Shown here: piece by piece, positions 48,607 to 58,710 of the stretch
How the letters are laid out: each line of letters begins with the position of its first letter
How positions within the stretch are numbered: position 1 is the first letter of the stretch
NCBI GenBank assembly: GCA_036170915.1
Contig: JAVHQC010000036.1
Span: 207,743 to 271,742 of the forward strand
Direction: 5' to 3'
DNA: 64,000 bases
From: Cyanobacteria bacterium auto_48_18
Lineage (GTDB): Bacteria > Cyanobacteriota > Vampirovibrionia > Obscuribacterales > Obscuribacteraceae
Made by a program: the position numbers and the translations under genes
Notes under the pieces: model-generated
The model's database searches: none
Told to the model about the DNA's origin: nothing
What the model saw: only the letters and a program-made list of their open reading frames with translations

Positions 48607-49938
48607 TTGGTTGCCGTAACAACAAAACCTGTAAAAATGATTGACTTAATTTTGGCCAAAAGAACAGGCCACGAGCATACTGCAGCTGAAATTGACTTTT
48701 TGATCGCCGGTATTATGGACGGCAGCATACCTGACTATCAGCTAGCCTCCTGGCTTATGGCGGTTTGCTGGCGCGGCATGACTTTAGAAGAAACAGCATT
48801 GCTTACCGATGCCATGCGCAATTCAGGACAAGTGCTCGACCTCTCGGCCATCGGCCCGGTTATTGGCGACAAGCACAGCACAGGCGGCGTAGGCGACAAG
48901 ACAACATTGGTCTTTGTGCCGCTTCTGGCCGCTGCCGGAATACCAATGGCCAAATTATCCGGTCGTGGCCTCGGTCATACCGGGGGCACCATCGATAAAT
49001 TGGAAGCCATTCCCGGTTTTCAGGTTGATATCAGCATCGACCAATTCATCAAACAGGTAAAAGAAATCGGTATGGCCATAGGTGGTCAGACAGCCGAATT
49101 AGCCCCAGCTGACGGAAAAATTTATGCCCTGCGAGACGTCACCGGAACGGTAGAATCAATTCCACTGATCTGTGCTTCAGTGATGTCGAAGAAATTGGCT
49201 GCCGGAGCTAATTTCATCATTCTCGACGTAAAATGTGGTCGCGGTGCCTTTATGGAAACCGAAGAAAAAGCGATCGAATTAGCTCAAGCCATGTCTTCAG
49301 TGGGCAAGCTTTTAAAACGGCCGGTGACGGCAGTTGTGACCGATATGGAGCAACCACTGGGCAGAGCCGTGGGTCACACAGTAGAAGTAATTGAAGCGAT
49401 TGAAACTTTAAAAGGCAACGGACCTGACGATTTGACGGAACTCTGTCTCGAACTTGGATCGCTAGCCCTTGTGCACGCGGGCAAAGCCAAAGATCAAAAA
49501 CAAGCAAGAGTTGCGCTTCAAGCTCTCATAGACAGCGGCGAAGCGCTTAAGCAATTCGGCGTGTTAATCAGGGCGCAAGGTGGAGACGATAAAGTCTTGA
49601 CTGACTATTCAATTATGCCGACGGCTAAACACACTAAACCATATATGGTGCCTGGGACAGGCAAAAAATGGTTGGAACATTTAGACGGCAAAAAAGTGGC
49701 AGAGGCCTGCAAACTGATGGGCGCCGGTCGCGCAAAGAAGGGTGACCCTGTGAACATGGCCGTAGGCGTGGTCTTAAACATCAAGGCCGGCGACAGCACC
49801 GAAGGTGGTGCCACGGCAGCGGTAATTCACTATGACACGGAAGAACAATTTTCTGCAGCAGCTAGCAAACTGGCAGAGGCTTTTACTTTTTCGGATTCAT
49901 TTGTAGAAAAACCAAAACTGATTAAGGCCAGCGTCTAA
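48607..49938 (+). CDS. pdp: Pyrimidine-nucleoside/thymidine phosphorylase
   Basis: DKHSTGGVGDK, SGRGLGHTGGT, YALRDVT, SKKLA, DVKCGRGAFM. TTG start follows a GAGGAG RBS. Confidence 0.93.
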   Translation: MVAVTTKPVKMIDLILAKRTGHEHTAAEIDFLIAGIMDGSIPDYQLASWLMAVCWRGMTLEETALLTDAMRNSGQVLDLSAIGPVIGDKHSTGGVGDKTTLVFVPLLAAAGIPMAKLSGRGLGHTGGTIDKLEAIPGFQVDISIDQFIKQVKEIGMAIGGQTAELAPADGKIYALRDVTGTVESIPLICASVMSKKLAAGANFIILDVKCGRGAFMETEEKAIELAQAMSSVGKLLKRPVTAVVTDMEQPLGRAVGHTVEVIEAIETLKGNGPDDLTELCLELGSLALVHAGKAKDQKQARVALQALIDSGEALKQFGVLIRAQGGDDKVLTDYSIMPTAKHTKPYMVPGTGKKWLEHLDGKKVAEACKLMGAGRAKKGDPVNMAVGVVLNIKAGDSTEGGATAAVIHYDTEEQFSAAASKLAEAFTFSDSFVEKPKLIKASV

Positions 49939-50829
49939 GTGACAACGCCATCCACAAGATTGCGCACCATCAGGCTCATACCTTACGGTGAGTTCGATGC
50001 CGCTACAAATATGGCCATCGACGAAGCGCTTTTAGAGTTGCACCTGGCAGGAAAAACTCCTGCTACATTGCGCTTTTATGGTTGGCAGCCAGCAGCAGTT
50101 TCATTTGGTTACTCACAAAAAATAAGCCCGCGTACCATTGAAAAAGTGCACGCCGCCGGATACGACGCGGTGCGCAGACCAACTGGCGGTCGGGCGGTTT
50201 TGCACGAAGACGAGCTTACTTATTGCTTTATCGGCGCCGGACCGCAAAAAGAAAATCTTGATTTCAGACCGGCCGCAGAGCTTGAAGGTTCTTTCTGGCT
50301 GGAACAAGGTAGCCCGTATCAGGGATTTTTGCCGGCCACCATCAATCAGGCATATAAGGAAATTTGTGACGCTCTAATCTTTGGCCTCAATGAACTGGGA
50401 GTAAAGGCCGAGCTCGGTCGCTCTAACAGCGAGTACAAAGATCTGGAAGATTGCTTTCAGGCCACCACTCAAGCCGATTTACAGTTTGAAGGTAAGAAAA
50501 TCGCAGGCAGCGCCCAGTTAAGGCGTAAGCATGGCGTCTTGCAACATGGCTCAATTATGATCAATCAGTCGCAGACAAAAATGTCTGAAATATTCGGCTT
50601 AGAGCCTGGAGATTCTGGGATTTCTGGTGATTCTGATCAAGATGCCAGCGCGCGTCATTGCAATTTAAGTGAAATTCTTGCTGGTGAGTACAAGCGCAGT
50701 GCCCTGGAAGAAGCAATTGGACGCGGCTTCACGCGCAAATTCGACTGTCATTTTGCTGTTTATGATTTAACTGAGGAAGAAATGCAGTATGTGGACACAC
50801 TCAAGCGCGCAAACAATTATATGCTTTAA
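49939..50829 (+). CDS. Lipoate-protein ligase A family (LipM-like octanoyltransferase)
   Basis: NMAIDEAL, LRFYGW, RRPTGGRAVLH, CF, KIAGSAQ, LQHGS. Confidence 0.88.
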   Translation: MTTPSTRLRTIRLIPYGEFDAATNMAIDEALLELHLAGKTPATLRFYGWQPAAVSFGYSQKISPRTIEKVHAAGYDAVRRPTGGRAVLHEDELTYCFIGAGPQKENLDFRPAAELEGSFWLEQGSPYQGFLPATINQAYKEICDALIFGLNELGVKAELGRSNSEYKDLEDCFQATTQADLQFEGKKIAGSAQLRRKHGVLQHGSIMINQSQTKMSEIFGLEPGDSGISGDSDQDASARHCNLSEILAGEYKRSALEEAIGRGFTRKFDCHFAVYDLTEEEMQYVDTLKRANNYML

Positions 50830-50854
50830 AGAAAAACTTGAAGTTTTTCTTTAA
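50826..50854. terminator. Perfect 14-1-14 AT-rich inverted repeat at the end of the lipoate ligase gene
   Basis: TTAAAGAAAAACTT-G-AAGTTTTTCTTTAA. Confidence 0.45.
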
Positions 50855-50875
50855 TCAGATTCAATAGCCATTTTT

Positions 50876-52186
50876 ATGCCCCAGACCATTCCCCAAATCG
50901 TATCTCCATTACCAGGTGAACTTGACAGAGTACCTGTGTTTCACAGCAATAGCCCAGAGCTTGTGCTGAACTCTGGCATTCTGCTTTCGACATTTCCAGC
51001 CACTGCAAAAAAGACACAGCAAGCACATTTAAATTATGCGGTGGAAGGTAAATTCGCACTATTTTTCCATCACTGCACCGATAGCGGCAAGACGGCTAAA
51101 CCCCAAACACTCTATCTGGGAGTACTATTGGGCAATAGCAGCCACCGACCAATCACGGTCTCTGGGTTGGGTGGAGCAAGCTACGCCACTAAACCTGATG
51201 CACCATTTGTGGTGTTAGACCCTGTGTTAGCTAATGACGACAAAATTTATTATGCCGGCCCCGGCGATCGAGTCGCCCTCGACTTGCTAACTGACCATGA
51301 CGATCAAGGTCAAGAGTCGAAGGATTATAACGGGTCGAAGCAAAATATAGTGTTGCAAGCGGGAGAGACAAGGCTTTTCAAAAGCTTTGATTTACCAAAA
51401 GGCTTTGTTTTGACACCGCTAAATGGTCGTACCGGCCAGTTTTACTTCGACGCTGACGGCCCTGTTCACCTGGCCGTGGTCGCAGCCTTTGCTGAGCCCG
51501 GCTTATTTTTTAGCGAGCGGCCGCCTGAAGCTCAGCATTTTATCGACATCTTATCTGAAGGCAGCCTCGTTACTCCACGCGACAAAACACCAACCATACC
51601 AGGTGCTACTGGTGACCTAATTTATGGACGAGTGGCAGGAGTAGCAGCAGGTGCAAGCTGGAATGGAACTGTCGCCAACAATGACGCAGAGTCATTCGAC
51701 ATTAAAGTCGGCCAGACATTTTCTTTTCCTCTATGCACCGTCATCGGTGGCACTTTAGGCACAGACCAGATTCAGTCGGCATCAATACTTTGTCGATATG
51801 ATGATACGGCTTATCAATCTCATGGTAATTTTGGCGTTATTTACAACCTCAACTTGCCGGTGCGTAATGCAGACAGCGTGCCAGTTATTATCGAGCTGGC
51901 GTTCCAAAGCCCGCTAAAAACTTCCAACAGTAGTGTCAGTTTAAAATTTGCCGGCCAGTCAGAAAAAACGGTTTTTCGCGGCACGGTTAAATTTGAGTGG
52001 ACTGATAGCGAGCAAATTTCACAAACTAAACTTTTTCACCTGGTGCAATACCAGGGCATGGTCGGACCACCATTACTTAAACTAGCTATTGAACCAGGAC
52101 TGATACAGTCGGTGAATTTTAGTTTCATCTATCCGGCAGATTGCACCCCACCTCACATACTAACTGTCAGCGCAAAAGCGAATTAA
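50876..52186 (+). CDS. DUF3370-family protein
   Basis: LPGELDRVPVFHSNSPE...GILLSTFP, FFHH, YAGPG, YGRVAGV, HGNFGV.Y, VFRG, YPADCTPP (cyanobacterial DUF3370 pattern). Confidence 0.8.
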   Translation: MPQTIPQIVSPLPGELDRVPVFHSNSPELVLNSGILLSTFPATAKKTQQAHLNYAVEGKFALFFHHCTDSGKTAKPQTLYLGVLLGNSSHRPITVSGLGGASYATKPDAPFVVLDPVLANDDKIYYAGPGDRVALDLLTDHDDQGQESKDYNGSKQNIVLQAGETRLFKSFDLPKGFVLTPLNGRTGQFYFDADGPVHLAVVAAFAEPGLFFSERPPEAQHFIDILSEGSLVTPRDKTPTIPGATGDLIYGRVAGVAAGASWNGTVANNDAESFDIKVGQTFSFPLCTVIGGTLGTDQIQSASILCRYDDTAYQSHGNFGVIYNLNLPVRNADSVPVIIELAFQSPLKTSNSSVSLKFAGQSEKTVFRGTVKFEWTDSEQISQTKLFHLVQYQGMVGPPLLKLAIEPGLIQSVNFSFIYPADCTPPHILTVSAKAN

Positions 52187-52278
52187 TGTGAGTACAGTAC
52201 AGGTTTTCGCCTGGCTCAACTATAGCGATTAGATATCAACATGGTAGTATCCTTGGTCACCTTATGGAGGGTAAAATC

Positions 52279-52620
52279 ATGGGTTGGCTCGACAGATTAT
52301 TTGGACACAAAGATGCACAGGCACCAGCCGAACAGGCTCAGCCACAAGGCGCCAGCACTGCGCAAGCAACAATTCCACCAGAGCGTGTTGGCCTTAACGG
52401 CGAATATGATCAGAGTGGTCTGGCCAAACGTGTGGCACAGGCTTTTGATGAAGCTGATTTTCAAGATAACCAGACTGTCTGGATTGCCCAAACCGGCACA
52501 ACCGTCGTTTTGAAAGGCAAATGTCCAGATCAGGAATTGCTCAACAAAATGGTAGCTGCAGCCAGAGCCGTCAAAGGCGCTACAGCTGTAGAAACCAATC
52601 AGGTCACAATCGGCAAATAA
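52279..52620 (+). CDS. BON-domain (phospholipid-binding) protein
   Basis: MGWLDRLFG, IPPERVGLNGEYDQSGLAKRV, VVLKG. GGAGG RBS. Confidence 0.85.
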   Translation: MGWLDRLFGHKDAQAPAEQAQPQGASTAQATIPPERVGLNGEYDQSGLAKRVAQAFDEADFQDNQTVWIAQTGTTVVLKGKCPDQELLNKMVAAARAVKGATAVETNQVTIGK

Positions 52621-52656
52621 GTTGGAAGCTTAGACAAGTCAATTTTTTGATAGTCG

Positions 52657-52694
52657 AAAACGCAGAGAAATTTTCGAAAATTTCTCTGCGTTTT
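52657..52694. terminator. Perfect 38-bp palindrome, likely bidirectional terminator
   Basis: AAAACGCAGAGAAATTTTCGAAAATTTCTCTGCGTTTT between convergent genes. Confidence 0.75.
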
Positions 52695-52715
52695 GGCTTC
52701 GGCGATTTAGCCCAG

Positions 52716-53933
52716 CTAAATAAACGATCGCGCCAGTGAATCAAACGATGTTTTGAATAGTGGCAAACTCATTTTAAATACGCCATCATCAAGGGTCTCA
52801 AATTGCAGGTGCTGCGGATCGGTCGGATGATGAAAACGCCTGGCGCCCTGTCCGTGCGGGTTGCGGAGAGTAACCATGTTGCGTGAAGGATCGAAACCAA
52901 TAATCGTGTAGGCGTGATTATCAAAAACTAACTCGGGACCAGTGGTCTTGTTTCCGGTTGCGCAAACAACTGGACTTTGTGAGCGGACTGCACCACCAAT
53001 AAAAGACGAAAGTTCAGCGATACTGCAATCATTAGGGTAGACGAGCTCGCATTTATTTCCTGTTATTAAAGCCAGCCCAATTTCTAGCCAATGTTTATCG
53101 TGACCAACGCCAACATTGTTTGGATATTTTCTATTCTCAGCACACTCGATAAGTGAGGCCCACAGCGCCTTATTTTCAATGCCTTCTTCTTTCAGATTAG
53201 CTTTGGTGATCACATACTCTTTGCCGTCACCCGGAAATCTCACCAGGTACGCGCCCTTGTCGCCGTAGCGCACCATGCTCGCCAGCAGTCTTTGCCCGCG
53301 CGGCAACATGGCCAGCGCAGACATAGCCGCTTCAAACCAGCAGTTCTCATTATTTACTTGATCAATGCCGTGAGCGCCTTCCTTGGCAATTTCTTCGGGC
53401 GTAAAAACAAAGTCTAGTTTTTTACCGACCTTGACCGGGATCTCACTCGGTGTCGCCAAAGCAGAATCACTAGTCACACCGCCTTGGGCATTTGCAGATT
53501 TTGCCGTTGCCGGTTTGCCAGATAATTTCTCTTGGCTTTTAGCGTGTTCTAAAGCTGTCTTACAGCAGCCAGCTTCGGCACTGTCAGGGAAGTTATCGAC
53601 TATATATTGAAAAATTTGTGTCGAGCGCGCCGTGCGACCACTTTCGCGATTGGCCAGGGCAGCATAGTAAAACAATCTGGCATTGGGAACAGCAGCGGCA
53701 CGAATCAGCGCTTCGAAAGCATCGGCCGACGCACCATACTGCCTTTGCGTATAAAGGGCCCAGGCAGACTCAATAGAAAGAGTGTTTTTTGTGAGGCTCA
53801 CTGCAGGCTTTGCAGTCTTGGTCACATTGACCGGCCCGGCACCCTGACACGGCAAACTGACGGCGCCAGTCAGTGCCAGCCCTAATGCGCATCTCAAATA
53901 ATTATGAAAGTTCAGGTTGTTGGAAAAATGCAT
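52716..53933 (-). CDS. Secreted TPR + calpain-like (C2-family) cysteine protease
   Basis: Signal peptide, TPRs, linker. Catalytic motifs IDQ....NCWFEAAM, NHAYTI, LRNPHG. Confidence 0.8.
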   Translation of the reverse strand: MHFSNNLNFHNYLRCALGLALTGAVSLPCQGAGPVNVTKTAKPAVSLTKNTLSIESAWALYTQRQYGASADAFEALIRAAAVPNARLFYYAALANRESGRTARSTQIFQYIVDNFPDSAEAGCCKTALEHAKSQEKLSGKPATAKSANAQGGVTSDSALATPSEIPVKVGKKLDFVFTPEEIAKEGAHGIDQVNNENCWFEAAMSALAMLPRGQRLLASMVRYGDKGAYLVRFPGDGKEYVITKANLKEEGIENKALWASLIECAENRKYPNNVGVGHDKHWLEIGLALITGNKCELVYPNDCSIAELSSFIGGAVRSQSPVVCATGNKTTGPELVFDNHAYTIIGFDPSRNMVTLRNPHGQGARRFHHPTDPQHLQFETLDDGVFKMSLPLFKTSFDSLARSFI

Positions 53934-54058
53934 GAGTTTTACGGGTTACCAGTTCTATGTTATCACGCAGGCAATTGCGTAATTTCACCACTGACATATG
54001 GAAAATGGGCCCTATAGTTAAATCAGCACCGCAGTGATGGCAAAGGGTCCCCAGTATT

Positions 54059-54454
54059 ATGGCTGACAGAATCGACTTTACAAAAAACCCCGACTTAAAC
54101 TTTGACGCTAAGCTTGAACTGCCTCCGCTTCACATGGATCTGGCCGGGAAAGGCGACTTCAGAAAAGAGCCCCTGTCATTGTTATCGATTACCGCTGAAC
54201 AACCTAGAAAAGAAGTGTCAGTGCCGAATTTAGAAGCGAACGCAAAAAACACATCGTGGGCCACTGACTCAATCAACAAAATTTATCAAGACGGAGTCTT
54301 CAAAGTGCTTTCAAACAGCACCGGCGATCGTCAAATCGGTTTGAAATTTTTAGAGCCATCAAATGCAGAAGATAAAAGGTTACGTCTAGGCGGCGCCAAA
54401 GAAAAACTCGAAGACAAATTTGGGCTTTCAGTACAACTGCAAATCAAGTTTTAA
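54059..54454 (+). CDS. Hypothetical protein
   Basis: 131-aa ORF filling the gap between flanking genes; ends ...LSVQLQIKF. Confidence 0.6.
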   Translation: MADRIDFTKNPDLNFDAKLELPPLHMDLAGKGDFRKEPLSLLSITAEQPRKEVSVPNLEANAKNTSWATDSINKIYQDGVFKVLSNSTGDRQIGLKFLEPSNAEDKRLRLGGAKEKLEDKFGLSVQLQIKF

Positions 54455-54459
54455 TTATC

Positions 54460-55227
54460 TCATTGTTTCCAGCGCAGCAGCCTTCGCTCAAGCAAATCAA
54501 CGAGACTGGTAAGTAAAAGCGAGATCACCACCAGTGCCACCACGCCCACATAAACAGTGGCCATATCATAAGTGCCTGAAGCCCGAACAATCATTTTGCC
54601 AAGCCCTTGCTCGGCAGAAATAAACTCTCCAATAAAGGCTCCAAGTAATGCCAGGCCGATATTGAGTTTCATGGCATTTATTACCCAGATCAGTGAGTTA
54701 GGTACAACCACGGTACGAAAAGTTTGCATTTTGGTGGCGCCGAAGACCTGCATCAACCGCAGATATTTTGCATCAACTGTTACTGCTCCCTGATAGGCCT
54801 GCCCAACTGCCACCACAAATGTGGCGATAAAGGCCAGAGCAATTTTCGAGACTATACCGATGCCAAACCAGACAATGATAATTGGTGCCAGAGCAAAAAT
54901 AGGAATTGCTCCTGCGGCCACAATATAGGGCTTAGCCACTCGTGCGACAATTCGCGAGGCCCAGAGCGAAAGCCCGAGGCAAGCACCAGATACAGTGCCC
55001 AAGATAAAACCAATGGCCGCTTCAAAAACAGTAACCGCAGCATTGCTGAGAAGTTCGCCGCTCGCGCTTAAGCGCAAAAATGTTTGCCATACCTGAGCCG
55101 GGCTCGAGAAAATAAACTGGTGTTCTTTGCTATCAACAGTATAGAAATACCAGGCGGTGAGCAAGCATAGCAGCGGCAATGGATATAAAAACCAAACGAT
55201 TTTATTCTCCAGGCTAACTTGCTTCAT
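54460..55227 (-). CDS. ABC transporter permease, NitT/TauT/SsuC family
   Basis: SSPAQV, IVWFGIG, EAA-like loop, GEF....GLG. Start placed at MKQVS. Confidence 0.9.
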   Translation of the reverse strand: MKQVSLENKIVWFLYPLPLLCLLTAWYFYTVDSKEHQFIFSSPAQVWQTFLRLSASGELLSNAAVTVFEAAIGFILGTVSGACLGLSLWASRIVARVAKPYIVAAGAIPIFALAPIIIVWFGIGIVSKIALAFIATFVVAVGQAYQGAVTVDAKYLRLMQVFGATKMQTFRTVVVPNSLIWVINAMKLNIGLALLGAFIGEFISAEQGLGKMIVRASGTYDMATVYVGVVALVVISLLLTSLVDLLERRLLRWKQ

Positions 55228-55993
55228 ATGCGATATTTGATTTAAGTGCCGACCAAATTTGATGAAAATAAGTGGCAAATTCAGGCGTGCCACGCACGTC
55301 TTCAGGTTCGCGCTCTTTTAAATCGACAATAAATTCGCCGCTAAATTTCCCTTCGCGATCCATAATCAGCACCCGGTCTGATATGGCGATGGCTTCGTCA
55401 ATATCATGGGTCACCAGAATTGCCGCTTTATTCTGTTTTTTAATCAACGTGTAAAACTCGCTTTCCAGGCGCAACTTAGTGTAAAAATCGAGAGCCGAAA
55501 ACGGTTCGTCGAGCAAAATCAGCTCCGGCCGGAACAAAAGTGACTGAATAATGCTGACGCGCTGTCTCATGCCTCCTGATAATTCACCGGGATATTTTTT
55601 TACGATATCAGCGCTCAGGTGAAAGCTTTTCAAATAGTCTTGCAAATTAGTTTCATTAGAAGCCTTGAGGTGATGGTGCAACTCTGCAGCCAGCCGCAAA
55701 TTATGACCCACGGTGCGCCACGGAAGCAGAGCATCTTCTTGAAAAATATAGCCCACAGCATTGTGTTTATGGCCACCGGCAATCTTGATCGTGCCGGCCT
55801 GTGGCTCAAGCAATCCGGCAATCAAATTGAGCAAAGTGGTCTTACCGCAACCGCTGGCACCAAGAATTGAAATCAATTCCCCCTGACGCACATCTAAATT
55901 AAGATCACTGATGATAGACTGCCGCTTTTGCTCTTTAACGTAAGCAAAAGACAATGCTGAAACAGAAAGCGCTTGCCCTAAATCATTTGACAT
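55214..55993 (-). CDS. ABC transporter ATP-binding protein, NitT/TauT family
   Basis: GASGCGKTT, LSGGMRQR, LDEPFSALD, VTHD. Start placed at MSNDL. Confidence 0.93.
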   Translation of the reverse strand: MSNDLGQALSVSALSFAYVKEQKRQSIISDLNLDVRQGELISILGASGCGKTTLLNLIAGLLEPQAGTIKIAGGHKHNAVGYIFQEDALLPWRTVGHNLRLAAELHHHLKASNETNLQDYLKSFHLSADIVKKYPGELSGGMRQRVSIIQSLLFRPELILLDEPFSALDFYTKLRLESEFYTLIKKQNKAAILVTHDIDEAIAISDRVLIMDREGKFSGEFIVDLKEREPEDVRGTPEFATYFHQIWSALKSNIAYEAS

Positions 55994-56990
55994 TCGCTGG
56001 AATTTTTTTAACGAATGACATGTCGACGTTATCTTCGTAAGAGCCAGGGCCCTTGATGTCGCCAATTTCGCGCCTGAGTTTGATGGCATTATTCCAGGCG
56101 TCGGTGTTGAGCATGGGCGACTGAGGAACAGTTTTGCTGGCGCGCAAACGGTTGAGCGCAGCCTTTATTACCGACTCAGAACTTTCGGGAAATTCTTCTC
56201 TGGCGACGGCAATGGCTCCATCTGGATCGCTGTGAATAAATTGCATCGCTTCATTTAAAGCGTTGACTGCCGCTTGTATTTGCTCAGGATGTTCTTTGCA
56301 AAATGCGTCAGAAACAGTCAGCCCGGTAAAAGCAAACTCACCGACTTTTGGCTCATAGACTACATGGGCACCGTTCTCGATGGCAGTAGAGACCACCGGC
56401 TCAATTTCCATTGCCAGGTCGGCCTGATTGGCTTTTAACATTGGTATCAAGGTGCCGAAGGCGCCTTCAACAATGGTGGCTTTAATCGGTTTGCCTTGAT
56501 TTTGCAATAACTGTTTCATCACCGCATAGCTGGTAGACGGTTCCGAATACGTTGCCACTCGAGCACCAGATAAGATATCACTTCTAGTGGAAGGCTTATA
56601 TTTGTCGCCAAAAGCAATCACCCAGAACGGTGCACCGCTGACCACCGATGCCACCACTTTTCCACCCTGACCGCGCTCTCTGGCAATGGCTGCAAATGTG
56701 GGGTCGGCCACGCCAAACTGAGCGTTACCTGTAGAGACTGCTGTGAATGTTTTTTCGTCACCGCCGGTGGAGACAAGCTTAACGTCGAGACCGTTTCTTT
56801 CGAAAAAACCTTTGCGCACTGCCACATAAAGAGGCATGTAGAGAAAGACATGACCGAACTGAGCGATAGTTACCGGTGTGAGAGGCTTGCCTGGGCCGGC
56901 AACAAGACTCTTTGAGACGTCGCCTTTAGGCGTACCGCAACCCATCAAGGAGACGCACAAGCTTGCTGTGAGAATGGCTTTCCAGTTCAT
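55983..56990 (-). CDS. ABC transporter substrate-binding lipoprotein, NMT1/SsuA-like
   Basis: Lipobox LMGC, YMPLYVA..KGFF...GLDV. Confidence 0.88.
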   Translation of the reverse strand: MNWKAILTASLCVSLMGCGTPKGDVSKSLVAGPGKPLTPVTIAQFGHVFLYMPLYVAVRKGFFERNGLDVKLVSTGGDEKTFTAVSTGNAQFGVADPTFAAIARERGQGGKVVASVVSGAPFWVIAFGDKYKPSTRSDILSGARVATYSEPSTSYAVMKQLLQNQGKPIKATIVEGAFGTLIPMLKANQADLAMEIEPVVSTAIENGAHVVYEPKVGEFAFTGLTVSDAFCKEHPEQIQAAVNALNEAMQFIHSDPDGAIAVAREEFPESSESVIKAALNRLRASKTVPQSPMLNTDAWNNAIKLRREIGDIKGPGSYEDNVDMSFVKKIPANVK

Positions 56991-57049
56991 GCGTCCTGCT
57001 TTGACGAGGGAATAAATGTAAAAAAGATCAAGCAAATCATACATTATAA

Positions 57050-57088
57050 AAATGCCCCATCGGTCACTACAACCAACAGGGCATTCTT
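57050..57088 (-). terminator. Probable terminator downstream of the rbp gene
   Basis: AATGCCC...GGGCATT stem with flanking A/T tracts. Confidence 0.45.
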
Positions 57089-57175
57089 TATTCAGCTTTT
57101 AAAGCTTGTTTTAAGAGATTGGACTGTCTACTTATTTAAGTGGAGCACCACCTAACGCGACAGCCGGTTCAATTC

Positions 57176-57463
57176 TTAATAACGGCCTCTGCCGCCACCG
57201 CCGCCGCCATCGCGGGACTTAGGCTGGGAAACGTTAACTGCAATCTGTCTGCCGTCAACTTCACGTCCGTTGAGAGCTTTGATTGCGGCTTCAGCCTGGG
57301 CTTGGGTCGCCATTTCTACGAAAGCGAAACCACGTTGTCTACCAGTTTCACGATCAGTTGGGATCGCTACTGACACAACTTCGCCGTACTCAGCAAAGAG
57401 ATCTTGCAGATCTTGCTGTGTAGTTTTGAATGAAAGGTTTCCTACAAACAATTTGTTATTCAC
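57176..57463 (-). CDS. rbp: RRM-type RNA-binding protein with Gly-rich tail
   Basis: RNP2 LFVGNL, RNP1 RGFAFVEM, GGGGGGRGRY tail. GTG start with GAGG RBS. Confidence 0.93.
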   Translation of the reverse strand: MNNKLFVGNLSFKTTQQDLQDLFAEYGEVVSVAIPTDRETGRQRGFAFVEMATQAQAEAAIKALNGREVDGRQIAVNVSQPKSRDGGGGGGRGRY

Positions 57464-57595
57464 GTCAATTTTCCTCTTACGACCGCAAGATCTCAGTTTA
57501 TCGAGAACGGTTGGTCCTTTTGTACTGTACTAGTCTGTCATGATTTTGCGCTTAAAGCCCAAAATCACTTCCGTTGGTAAAGCGCTTGCGCGACT

Positions 57596-58261
57596 TTACC
57601 TTGTCACCCCATCAGACTTAAGTGCTTTTTCGGCAACTAAAGCCTTCCCCTTGGTTTCCACAAGGGATTCCTCGGCGACAACAGTTTTGTCTTTCGACTC
57701 CACTGTAGGAACTTTATCCGCTAATTTAGCTTTTGCTTCATTAGCCTTAGCTAAGGATACCGCTAGATCGTGTTCTTTGATCAGCTTGACTACCTTTGCT
57801 AGTTTACGTAAATTATCCCGAGCCTCAAACTGCTCGCACTGATCGGCGTCATGCCTTTGTATCTGTTTCCACTCACGAATGGTGCGCATTAAAAAGTCGC
57901 GATCAATTTCAGAGTATTTCGATTTGCGGAGAATTCCGGTCATCGACCGCGCCAACATCACGTGTCCTGTTGGGTCACCCGGGTCGAACTGTACAGCTTT
58001 AGAAAGCTTTCGATACGCTTCTTTGAAGTTTCCTTCCAACAGTGCCTGCTCGCCACCAAAACGCATGTAAGAGGCCTCTGACATACGGCCGCTGATACCC
58101 TTTCCGAAAAAGGCGGCATTAGCCGGTTCACGCGAATATGACGTCGCCTCATCATCATTTATTGAAGGAGAAATCACATCAGCAAAAGCGGGGGTTAAAA
58201 ATGATGCTGCCATTGCCGCCGCAATAATCAGGCTGAATACAGATTCTTTGCGCTTTATCAT
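57596..58261 (-). CDS. Secreted TPR-containing protein
   Basis: Signal peptide (...PAFA-D), GNFKEAYRKLSKAVQFDP. Confidence 0.7.
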   Translation of the reverse strand: MIKRKESVFSLIIAAAMAASFLTPAFADVISPSINDDEATSYSREPANAAFFGKGISGRMSEASYMRFGGEQALLEGNFKEAYRKLSKAVQFDPGDPTGHVMLARSMTGILRKSKYSEIDRDFLMRTIREWKQIQRHDADQCEQFEARDNLRKLAKVVKLIKEHDLAVSLAKANEAKAKLADKVPTVESKDKTVVAEESLVETKGKALVAEKALKSDGVTR

Positions 58262-58680
58262 TGGTTATTCTCTTTATTTTGATCATTTTGAGATGGATTG
58301 TTCGCTTGTCCCTGTTCTTTATCGCTTTTAGCCTTTTTGGCCTTGTCTTCGGCTGTAACGTCAGTGATGTCAACATGCTGAGTATTGGCCTGAATGTCGG
58401 CAATCTCAGCTTCAAGCTCGCGAATGCGCCCATCAATGCGGGCAATTTGAGTCAATTCTTCTTGAATTTTTTCTTGCAGAACTCGACCGTCAATTATGGA
58501 GTTCTCCACAAACAAAGTGTAAGTGCGCTGACCGATAGTTTGTAGGTGCTGAGTTTTTTCTGAAGTCAGAGACATCACATTCATTTTCAACTTAGCCGCT
58601 TTCGCCGCACGATTGGTCTGATCGGCAGCCTGTTTGGTTGCTTCTTTGACTTTGTTGAATATATTGTCCAGTCCTGCCAT
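58258..58680 (-). CDS. Hypothetical coiled-coil protein
   Basis: 140-aa amphipathic helical ORF, ATGA-coupled to the next gene. Confidence 0.7.
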   Translation of the reverse strand: MAGLDNIFNKVKEATKQAADQTNRAAKAAKLKMNVMSLTSEKTQHLQTIGQRTYTLFVENSIIDGRVLQEKIQEELTQIARIDGRIRELEAEIADIQANTQHVDITDVTAEDKAKKAKSDKEQGQANNPSQNDQNKENNQ

Positions 58681-58710
58681 TACTTTCTCACTTATCGTTT
58701 AGATCTTTTT

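Noticed and set aside
52191..57531. Shared AGTACAGTACA upstream of the BON and rbp genes
   Set aside because: One shared 11-mer among several kb of intergenic DNA is expected by chance.
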